Part shown: piece by piece, positions 22,363 to 32,833 of the stretch
How positions within the stretch are numbered: position 1 is the stretch's first letter
Layout of the letters: each line of letters opens with the position of its first letter
Assembly: GCA_020536535.1 (NCBI GenBank)
Contig: JAHLWZ010000950.1
Coordinates: 1 to 39,162 of the forward strand
DNA length: 39,162 bases
From: Pelomyxa schiedti
Lineage: Eukaryota > Protista > Evosea
Direction: 5' to 3'
The notes under the pieces: generated by a model
Told to the model about the DNA's origin: nothing
What the model saw: only the letters and a program-made list of their open reading frames with translations
Databases searched by the model: none
Made by a program: the position numbers and the translations under genes

Positions 22363-24812
22363 TTAAAATCGTTTGACTGGGAACGAGGGGGGTTGCTGTG
22401 GTGGTGTTATTGGTTGTTGTTGGGGTGGCGGGGGGTGGTACAGCATGGAGGAGGGAGGAGGGAGAACGGAGGGTGGTTGGGGCAGTTGTTGTTGTGTTGG
22501 CTGGAGTGTCTGTATCTGGATTGGTGCAAAGGGCATTGGGGTGTAGTGGGAAGACATATCGGGTAACTGCTGCTGCTGGTTGTTGATGTTGGTGGCGGTG
22601 GGAAATGGGGGTGCTGATGGCGTAGGGGGGTTGTAAATCATGGGAATTGGTTGTTGTGGCGGCGTCGGGTACCCGGGGATGGGGCTGAATTGGTTCTGTA
22701 ATTGTGGTTGCTGCTGTTGTGGCTGTGGCTGGTACAGCGGAGTGTACTGGGGGGATGGTAAAAGAACCCCGGTCTGTTGCTGTTGGTGCTGCGGGAAGGG
22801 AATTACATTCGGGGGGTTCTGGAAGCTGGGGGGCGGACCATGCTGGAGCATGTCATTATTAACATTGTGGGGAGGCTGGTAGGGGGTGCTTGTATTTGTT
22901 GGGAAACCCGTGTGGACTGGCTGCTGCTGCTGTTGGTATGGCTGCTGGGAGTTGGTATTTGGGGGTGGTGTTGACTGGCGCGGCATGTTTGGCTGAGGGT
23001 TCTTGTGCGGGTTTTTTTGGTGATTTTGGTTGTGCGGGTGCGGGCCGCTGTTGTGGACTGGCTGCTGATTGGAAAGGGAGTGATTTGGGTTGCCCCTACC
23101 CATTGGGTGATGTTGGTCAGGCCCGGAAAGAGCTTTGCAGGGTTTCAAGCCGAGTAGCTTTTGTATAGAGCAGTAGATTCCCAATTTGAAATTCTTGATC
23201 TCGGCTTTCATTGCTCCATGCACACAGGTTTCATCTGAGATGAGAACGCAGGGAAGTGATACAGTCTTGGCCCACTGAATCATACTGATAAAATCTCCGT
23301 CGCCGGTAACGAGAATAATCGCGGCGGGGGTTTGCCTTTTTTCGTAGTGGTCTTGCATAAGCCTTATGAACATCTGAAATAGTTGGATATCCACAGCCCC
23401 GGGTTTCTCAGATGCGTCGATTAACTGCAATATAGTGAGCGTGAATTTTTTCGGAAAGGGAGAACCTGAATCCAGCCTGACATCATCATAAGGTGTCGAG
23501 CTTGCTTGTTTATTTGAAAATGACCCTGCAATTGTGTATTGGCCACCGCCTTGCACTCAACATCAGGAGGAGTTTCGCATCCAATAACTTGTTGCGCAAG
23601 CTTCTGCAGGCCATCGCGGAACCTCAGCAGGTTATTGTGGCTCGCCTCGGATGCACCACCGAACTCGTTGTTGATAAAAACGCCTCCTCCACCATTTTCC
23701 GTGTCCCATAAAACTAGAACTTTATGAGTGCTCTGTGCAGCCGCGGTAGTCAAAGGAGAGGCAGTCCTATCCATGACCTGCATAGGCGGCGTCACAGACC
23801 TAGAAGTTGCATATGTCCCAGTACTTGGAGCATTGGCAGCTGAGGAATTTCCACTAACTCCAACACTAGCACCAGAACTTGCACCACTAGTAGTAGTAGT
23901 GCTATTTACAGGAGCAGGACTAGTAGCAGCAGAATTCACCTGGTAGCCACTAGCACTTCCCCTTCCATCAACCCTGTTCTGTGAACCACCACCTCCCCGG
24001 TTGTTGTTGTTGTTGTTGTTGGTGTTGGTGTTGGTGTTGGTGTTGGTGTTGGTGTTGGTGTTGGTGTTGGTGTTGGTGTTGTTGTTGTTGTTGGAATTCT
24101 GAGCACCGGGGGTTCCACCCATAATTCGCACCACGACGTCGGCTCCGTCGATTACGTGCCTGCGACTGGCGGCGATGGCTCGGAGGGCCTCGGCGGGGTC
24201 GCTGTATCGCACGTAACACGCGATGGGCTTGTCGCTGCGCGGGAGGAACATGTCGACGCCCGAGACGGTGCCCCACTGTGTGAAGTACGCCGTCACGTCG
24301 TCCGTGGTGGTCACGGCCTTGAGGCCCTTGACGAACAGAGTCTGTGCGTGCTGGCTCGGGTGGACATACGGCGCCGCAGCCCCGCGGCTGTTGCCGCCAA
24401 CGCCACCCTGCTGCTGCTGGTTGTTGTTGCTGTTGGTGTTGCTGTTGGCGTATTGTTGTTGTTGTGACTGCTGCTGGCGTTGGTGAGGTGGAAATTGCGG
24501 CTGTTGCTGTTGGTTTTGGTTTTGGTGTTGACGTGGGTAGTTGTTTTGGTTGTTGTATTGTTGTGGTTGCGTGGAGGAGGCGGGAGTGGTGGTGGGCGGC
24601 GATAGAATTATGGGAAGCATATGTGGGGGAGCTGAAGTTGGGGTGGCCATCGGGGTAGCAGTCGGTGCGGTGTTGGCGTTGGTGTTGGTGTTGGCGGGGT
24701 GGTACAGTGGCTGGGCGGCGCCGGGCTGGGTGTTCTGGTTCGGTTGTTGTTGCTGGGGGTACATGTTGTTGTTTGTGTAGTACGGGGAGGGTTGTGTGCC
24801 CAGCGGTTGCAT
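22363..24812 (-). CDS. RRM + NYN (PIN-like, LabA/MARF1-type) ribonuclease with N/Q/P-rich disordered flanks (~802 aa)
   Basis: RRM 'TLFVKGL...VTAYFTQWGTV...ACYVRYSDP'. NYN motifs VLWDTEN, KPGAVDIQL and IILVTGDGDF. A 41-nt intron (23425-23465) joins the two overlapping ORFs. Confidence 0.88.
24001..24093. repeat. (TTG)n/(TTGGTG)n microsatellite encoding poly-N and (NT)n
   Basis: About 10 copies of TTGGTG flanked by TTG runs, within the RRM-NYN linker. Confidence 0.9.
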
Positions 24813-25058
24813 CTTGCGCTTCTGTTGTTGGTTACGAAACGAGAACCTTTGTTTGTTTTTTTGTTTTTATATTCGTCGAAATCAGTGAGTCAGAGAACCA
24901 AGTTCCACACCTAGCCCTCCAACTTGGCTCGACTCCCACCGAAGAAGCTCACTGCCGCGTGTGAGCGGGGAATCCTCCCTCACATTCAAACGCCGTTCAC
25001 ACTCCTCCTTGTGGATCGGGACTGTGGGAGAATCACAAAAACTCCGAAATCTTAAAAC

Positions 25059-26714
25059 ATGTCAGGGAGTGATGTGCCTGCGGAGGCTGCGCGTACCACA
25101 GCGGCGGCGGCGATGGCCACCACGAGCAGCGCGTCTGGCCTGGGCGGGAGCGGGGCGGTCGGCGGCGGGCATCGCCACGGCCACCACGAGGACAGGATCG
25201 AGGCCAGGATCCAAAACTTCACGCTGCTGCTGTCGAGGAGGTTGGTGTCGATTGACTGATTGAGTGGTGATTGTGGTTTTGGTTGTGGTCGGTTGCGCGC
25301 CGAGAGGGGTACTTATGGGTAGTTGTTGTGGTGGCTTTTTTGCGTTGTCACGTGGGTTATTTTTTTTTTTTTTTACTCATTTCGATAGGCAAATTGTGGG
25401 ATCCTTCCACGTCGCTAGGCACACAGCCGAATTGATTACGTTTATTGTAGCGAATACAAAGTACGATAGCGCACAGCAGTTGATTGATATTCTCAAGAAG
25501 GTCGCCAGAAGATTGGTTGATGTTCAGCCTCTAGGTGCTCTGCTACCAACTCGAAGAGTGTTTAGTTAAACGAAATTATGCAGAGTTTGTTGTTGGCAAC
25601 ATATTTCGCAGGGCACTTTCTATTATTCGGGAAGAAACAAAGAAACTGGTACAGCACGTTCTCTTCTTTGCAGTGGGTTTTAAACCTTACAATATCAGAT
25701 GACTGCTGATGACTCTGCATCAGGGCCTCTCGCCCCTTCCCTCTCCAACTTCCTCACTACTTCCGATCATGAATATGTAAAACGTCACATAACATCGCGG
25801 CAGCTTGGACCGCAGCTTATCAGCAGTTTAAATGATCTAAATGACGAAATCGCGTCTCTATATGTCGATATTTCTGGGCAAGCCAAGCAACATATACACT
25901 CAAAGTAAGAGTATTTCTTTTCTTTTTTTTTTTTTTTAACAGTCTTCAAAGTGAAATACTGATGGTTTATGGAAAGTCCACAACTGTCAAAGATTTCCTT
26001 GTTGCTGCCGCAAAAAAAAGAAAGATTGAGGTTGTTGTAGCTGAAGCCGCTCCAAAGTAATTTCTACCTATCTCATGTCTTGGGTCTCTCTTCCCGTCTT
26101 TCTATTAGGTGTTCTGGGCAGGAGATGGCAGCCGAGTTGGCTCAAGCTGGCATTTCGGTCACCCTCATATCTGACAGTGCTGTGTTTGCAATGATGGCTC
26201 GAATGAACAAAGTTATAGTTGGCACACATGCCGGTTTGTGCACTTAATTTTTTCCAATGTAACCCAGGCACCAGTTATGGCCAACGGTGGACTTGTTGCA
26301 GAGGCCGGACTGCACGCAGTTGCAGTTGCCGCACACGCTCACAACGTTCCATTTGTAGTGTGCACTGGTCTCTACAAACTATCACCGGTGTTCCCAAATA
26401 ACCGGGATTCTCTGGTGGGTATTGAAACACCCAGCAAGATAATTCCCTTTGACCTCGGTATGGAGATAAACACCATTGCACAGTATTAAGAACTTCCAGG
26501 AGACGCAAGCAGCAAGTTTGAGGCAATCAACCCAGCGTTTGACTACATCCCACCAGACTTGGTCAGCCTTTATCTAACCAATTCGTATGTATTCCAACTC
26601 AAACTCAAAAACACCAAATAACAATTCTAATGCCGTTTCAGAGGTGGGCACATGCCATCCTATGTCTACCGATTGTTGGCTGAACAGTATGACCCCGAAG
26701 ACAACCTCCTTTAA
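25059..26714 (+). CDS. EIF2B2: Translation initiation factor eIF2B subunit beta
   Basis: [109 protein letters not shown]. Confidence 0.93.
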
Positions 26715-26833
26715 GGGGCTCTCAAAAAGCAGTATCAGTATAATCGAGTTACTACAAAAACCAAAGAGATGAAAACTTTCTTCTGGAAAGCCTTATTTTT
26801 TGAGTCCCTTTGTGAACAATAAGAATAATTGTT

Positions 26834-28186
26834 TCAGCCTTCTATTTCCATTGTGAAATCGTGCTGCACGAAACGTGAGTTTTTTAATCAAAGAACAGCG
26901 TACACATACCTCAATAGTAGGTATCACGGAAGAGATGAATTTTAAAAACAGTACCATGTATCTGCAAAAGGTAAATTACAGTAACTAATGGGGAAATGAA
27001 CGCACTGGTCGACCCTTGCCTCCTTCCCGGCGTCTATTTGCCGCTGTATGATTTTTTTCATCACTTCCGCATGTCTGCACGGGTGAATGAAAGCAGTTTG
27101 AATTCCAAGGTGAGGATGATTGTCCATTCTGTTTTGCATTGATTATTCATTAAGTAGCAGAACGCGGACACATACGTTACGGTTTTGTGTGCGTGATCCC
27201 CAGAGATATCTTGGAAAACTTCGTGTGGCTTGAGTGGTTTGTGTGCTTCGTTATAGCCAAACAGCCACACTTTTGGGGTTCGATAGTACACGTCATATGT
27301 GATTGAGATGTCATATGTCCGTGTGCTAACCAGCTCAGCTTCCGGGATCGGGATCGCAGCCGCTGTAGTTGTGGCTGCTGGGGGTAGAGTAGCCTTCATT
27401 TTAGCATTGAATATAGTGAATGGGAGTGAGATTGTATTCTACTGGGTCATTTTCCACAAGGCTTTCATCAACGGACTCCAAATCAAGAGGCTCTCCATCA
27501 TCCTCACCTTCATCAATGCTAGTGGCAGGTTCAGGAGGAGGCACCGGGGTAACAGAGGTTGCTGTGCAGGAATCGGGTGCGGGGATTTCAATAGCCTCTG
27601 CAACATCATCCCTGCCTAGGGTTTGTTAATACCGGTTTTTATTGGACCACTTAGCAGGACCTTCACTAGCAGGAATAACCCAATCAAATCCTTCTACAGA
27701 AATGGTTGCAGTTTTTGTGCTTGTAATATCCTCCAAGGTAGCTACACGGGCTGCACACTTCACTGCAAATGATCACATACAGAAGAAAAGAAAATGGAAC
27801 ATACAGTTTCTAGCCATCAAAAACTGCTTATCTTTGGGCAAATGGGGAACCGATTTATCGGGGTCCCCGTGCTCCCTTTTGCAATGCGTTAGTGGAAGCA
27901 AGCATTTTTTTTTTTAAAAAAAAAAGGCAACCATTACCATTGCCAAGTTTTCCATCTATCCACCAGAGTGTCACCAGCAAGAACGAACTTAAGAAATTAG
28001 GTCTTTGGAGAGTAATAATAAAAAAAAACCTCAGCGGGGGTGAGCACGCCCTCCTCGCGGAATCGTGACTCTGCCAGTGTTGGCATCACTGCTGACGCCG
28101 TCTTCACAGTCGGTCATTTTTAATGCTAAACGGCCACGAGAAAGGGGTAGTACCTTGACGTACGACTGATACAGAAAGTTTAGCAT
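26834..28186 (-). CDS. ATG3: Autophagy E2-like conjugating enzyme Atg3
   Basis: ESRFREEGVLTPAEFVLAGD...TWQW, KDKQFLMARNVKC, RTYDISITYDVYYRTPKVWLFGY, catalytic AFIHPCRHAEVMKKII, and C-terminal KFISSVIPTIEHDFT. Confidence 0.95.
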
Positions 28187-28319
28187 GGATTAGATCTCGA
28201 CAAACCACCCTCGCGTGTGTAAACTACCGCCTCACTCCTTTTTTTCTGTTGTTTTGGGGGTTTCAGCCCGGGAAGTACTGCCACTGCCAACGCGTCTATT
28301 AAATTAACCCTTAAGGGGA

Positions 28320-29526
28320 ATGTGTGGGGCCCGAAACCGTGCTGGAGATTCTGAGGAATCAAAAGAAAAGTTCCAAGTTGATCAAGAAGAAATGAGAAGG
28401 GGTTCGTCGTTTGGCAGCCACCGGTCACCGTCTTCGTGGTTACCGCCCACGGACCGGAATAATGGGAGTCATGTTGCCGATGCTGGGCCACCCAACCTCG
28501 CCGAAGCGTCGCGTCTGATTCACCAAGCACAAAACGAAAACTCACGAAAACTGGAATGTAGAAAACCAATTAAATTTAATTTTAAATTAAATGTCTGGGC
28601 AGTGTACAATTTGAGATTGAGGAGACTACCTGAAGGGGTTCTGGACCTCACTCAGCTTGTTTGCTTATCGCGTCGGTATAGAGTCTTATTGTGGTAGTGG
28701 TTTAACTGCTTAGAAGTGAACTGCAATGCAATGGAAGAGATTCCATGGTGCATAGTGCGTCTCACACAGCTTAGCAGATTGTACTGTACTCTCCTCCTGA
28801 GTTACTATACATTTAACAGCAACCAGTGGTTAACAACCGCATTTCGGAAATTCCGGTTGTTTTATGTAATATGACCAATTTGCAGGAGCTCTATTGTAAC
28901 TTCCTCCACATCACTTCCATTAATTCATTCTTTAGTGTCGAGCAACAACTTAACTGAGCTCCCTGCAGAAATTGGTAACTTGACAAACCTTCGAGAGCTC
29001 TCAGGTATTTTCGATTGGCCTTCACTAGATGAATCTCTTTTAGCTTGCGACAATCGAATCACTGTTGTACCACCAAGCATCTCTCGCCTTCAGAAGTTGT
29101 CTCTTCTAATATGTTCTTCTTATCTCTATTGCGCACCCCTTACTTTGTCCAGTGGCCACAAACCAGCTTAAACGTTTGCCTATCACGTCCATTGGACTCC
29201 TCACTAATCTTCGGGGACTTTATGGTAGGCACCTGAACTACATCAATTTCTAAATAAGTCGGCACTAGTTGATGAAAATCCACTTCCCAAAGAGTTACTT
29301 CCCACACTCAGGCGCTGCAGCTCTCTTGATATCGTGCAACGAATTTACCATAGAAACACAACCGCACTTATCATGGTACAATATAAAAAGAATATAGTGA
29401 TGCTAACACCCTCATCAAAAGATGATAGGATGGAAGAGGGGAACAGCAACATTTTCTGAATTGCCCCTCAGTGTCCTTCATGCAATTATCGACCTAGCAT
29501 TCCCAAACTGCCCTCCATTGTGTTAA
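28320..29526 (+). CDS. Leucine-rich repeat protein (6 LRR exons) with C-terminal helical box
   Basis: Spliced repeats LxxLxLxxNxLxxLPxxIxxL (e.g. LQELYLSSNNLTELPAEIGNLTNLRELS). C-terminal IGWKRGTATFSELPLSVLHAIIDLAF. Stop 29524-29526. Confidence 0.88.
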
Positions 29527-29615
29527 TGAGAGAACAACCCAACCAAATTCCAGATGCGCACTTCACCCTTTTTTTTGTTGATTTTAAAAAGTGGGGCTGA
29601 CCACACGAGGCGGCA

Positions 29616-29877
29616 GTGCAGTGCCTCTGCAATCAGGAGGGCACCCAAGTTGGCGGCGGAGCAAGCCCCACCACCAGCCAGGCACCCCCAACGACCCCAC
29701 GAAAAATAAGTTTAATATCGATGCTACCCAATGGGCAGCTTTCAGATATTAAGCTGAAAAGAACAGATACTACACTTGATCTTAGCCAAAAGGCCGAGAA
29801 GGTATGAAGTTTTCTTTGTTCGCTGTGTCGTTTAAAAACCCGCCCAGCAACCCTCACAGATTATGGGAAATTTATGA
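29616..29877 (+). pseudogene. Fragment resembling the first half of a ubiquitin-like (beta-grasp) domain
   Basis: KISLISMLPNGQLSDIKLKRTDTTLDLSQKAEK|IMGNL-stop across a GT-AG intron. No convincing upstream start. Confidence 0.25.
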
Positions 29878-29971
29878 TCCACGAAAAAGAAAAAGAAAGG
29901 GACCGTTTCACAACATAACGTTGTACAACAACGCCGGAAAGAGAATAGAAATCCTCTTCCTTTTAGTGTTT

Positions 29972-32639
29972 TCATTCTGCTGTTGTTTTGTGCTTCCTTT
30001 TTCCCTTCTTGCTTGTTGGGCTTCTTATGGTAGCAAGTGTGGCCCTGAGCTTCTTGAGGGCCTCTTGTGCCCCTGTGTTCTTTTGGGCTGCCGCTAGCTC
30101 ATACAACCTCACTGCCTCGGTGACATCCTTGTCAGTCCCGTTTCCCGTTGAATAGCACTCGGCCAGGTTGCATTGTGCTGAGGGGTAGCCTTGGGCTGAT
30201 GACACCTTGTACCAGTGGAATCCTTGCTGTGGGTTTGTGGTTACACCACCTTTTCCGAGGAAGAAGTACAGGCCCAGGTTGTACTGTGATGGTGCATTGC
30301 CGGCCTCTGCTGCTGTGTGGAACAGGTTGTATGATTCTGTGACATCCTTCTTCACACCATTGCCTGTTTCAAAGCACCAGCCAAGCTGACACATTGCTAG
30401 GCCATTGCCTCTGTCAGTTGCAAGCCGGTACAGCCTGACTGCTTCTTCTGGGTTCTTGTGGACACCATGCCCATATTGGTAGCACCAGCCAAGGTAGTAC
30501 TGTGCAAGACTGTTGTTGTGTAGGTCAGACATGCAATACTGCTGCAGTGCTACAGAAGTATCCTGAGTAACACCAATCGGCCAGTGATAGATAAATCCGC
30601 ACAGGAAGTGTCCAGTTGCAGAAACACATTGCTCAGCGGATGTGCTTGCTCTTTCAGCAACTTTAAGCATGAATTGGTGTGAATTGGGTGATGCCTTGAT
30701 AGCGTTGTCCAGATATTCATCATAGGGATACACGGAAAAGGGTTGTTGTGCAGAGAACAGGTTTGGTTGAAGTGAAAAAATACAATTCAATAGTAAGTTC
30801 GCTATTGCATCTGTAAGCCCAGGCTCTGATGCCGGCGAGCTGAAAGAGGTCATAACAAGGCAATTCTTGTGCACCTGAGAATAATTTCCTTGGGCAAACA
30901 ATTTAACAGTTTCCAGTGCAAAATCATCCACTAAAAAATGGTTAATTTTAGACAAAACTGTATTTGTTAAAACCGTTATCCAGGTTCTTTAGAAGAGACA
31001 TAGTAATCTCACTAGAATCGCTTGAGGTTCCTGGGTATTTTAGGTTTCAAAGAGTGCAAGAAAATAAATACCAAGAGAAATCTTTCCCAAGGAATTAATA
31101 TGGTCGCTCCAGTCAAAATTGAAATCAAAAGAAAAATCCGGCCTGCAGCATGGGGCAAGAGGAATCTACAATATGTAAGTGGGAGCCTAAACCGAAGGAA
31201 AACCTCTATATTTTCTAAGGATTTGATATGCTGGAGAGCACTACTTCCAAGGTATTCAAAGTCCGGGAGATCGGTACTTTTACACAAAACCTCTTTAAGT
31301 TCTATTGCCATAGAAAGGGATTGCATATGGCTGTCCAAAAGATTAGTCTGCTCAGTAAGGAAAGTATCTTGTAGATCTTAGTTATTTAGCACAAGAAAAA
31401 AGGAAAACCTGTTGAGCTCTGTATTTGAGTGATTTGTTGGAGGGCTTGTTGCTGATGAAGCTTCAACAAAGAATGTATATCTAAAAATCTGGATTGCATT
31501 TGTTCTTTCGCTTTGTTGCAGTCCTGATGAAGGTTACTTCAATTTTTAAAGTTTGGATGGCAGATACCCTAGCAAGGCTCTTCCTTGCGAGGCCAATTGC
31601 CACTTCAGCATTTTGTCCATGTTTGACGCAACTCTCACATCTCTGGACTGCTTCTGCTATGTTCTGTCCTTCTAACTCTGTTGTTTCCTTCGTGTATATA
31701 TCAAGTGGAGACTGCAAAATTCCACTCATTTTATCAACAAAAAACGCAGCTGCTTGTCTGCACTGATCATTTTCACATAACCAGACGGAACTATCTTGAC
31801 ACAGAGTGTTTGCCGGTCTTTCCTCACAAACGTCACACAGAACTTCCTGTATAACAAGAATAAATAATTATACACCCATAATTCACATTAACATTTTCCC
31901 AGAACAAGAGCGGGAAAGTACTACGCACTTTCAAGGTTTGAACTCCACCCAGTGAGGGTATTTGCACACAAGTGCCACACAAAGGGCACTTGACGCACAC
32001 ACATCCAGGTTGTTCGTCTCCCTCTCCCGCCGTCATAACAGAATCACAACCCCCCACATTGCCTTTCATATCCCCATTCACATTCTCATTCACATTCACA
32101 TTCACATTCACATTTATATTCCCAATCACCGCCATTCCCAGCCCCCCCGCGCCCACAATTGCGTTGGCGTCGCTTCCTTTGGAATTATCAGTGTCTATGC
32201 GGCCACTGCGATTGCCAGTCCCGGTCTGCATGCGCTCGGGTAGCTCCCTGGCCAACACCTCCTGCCACCTGCCTGCGTCCCGCGCCGCCCCGCGCCTCCG
32301 CTCCGCGTCGTACTCGAGCTGCACGCACTCGCGGCAGCACACGTGCCCCCCCGCGCTCCTCCCCCCTGCCCCGCCCCCGCCGTCTGCTTCTCCTCCAGGC
32401 GCTGCCTGGGTGGCGGTGGCGGCGGCGCACCGCTGCATGCGCCCTCCTTGGTGAAGGTGCAAGGCACGCCGGGGAGATCTCAAGCAGAATGCGCACAGGG
32501 ACCACGGCGGCGGATGGAGAGAAGGCGCCCCGGTGGATGTTGTTCGATGGGAGAATTCCCCCTCGTGAGACAGTAGCAACGAGGGAGCCTCGGTATGGGC
32601 GGCCACGACGTCGACTGGTTGCGTGTCATTATCTGCCAT
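29972..32639 (-). CDS. RING (with insertions) + B-box-like + coiled coil + Sel1-like repeat protein
   Basis: CAFC...C...HVCCREC...CPLC, then CDVCEERPANTLCQ...LCENDQC and a helical region. About 5 Sel1 repeats (AQYYLGWCYQYGHGVHKNPEEAVRLYRLA; AQCNLAECYSTGNGTDKDVTEAVRLYELAAAQ). Confidence 0.85.
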
Positions 32640-32833
32640 GGAATTCGCAGATTAATTGAAGTGAACTGATGGTGAACACTTGGTGGGGTGATTGTTTAGA
32701 GAGGGATACCGGAATTGGTCCTAGTGCCCTGGGTAATCCTCATCACCAAGCTGGTCCCTCTGATGAGGGGTCGAAGGTCTTTCTCATTGTTCCCTGAACC
32801 GAAGTCGTAACGAAAAAATCAAAAATTGTGGTG

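Noticed and set aside
23421-23556. Apparent programmed frameshift between overlapping ORFs of the RRM-NYN gene
   Set aside because: A canonical 41-nt GT-AG intron (23425-23465) joins them in frame.
24001-24093. TTGGTG array as telomere-like or CRISPR-like repeat
   Set aside because: It is an in-frame coding microsatellite (Asn-Thr) with no spacers.
32760-32816. CTGATGAG...CGAA hammerhead-like core
   Set aside because: No stem II followed by GAAA and no stem III/UH site; the motif lies in a simple hairpin.
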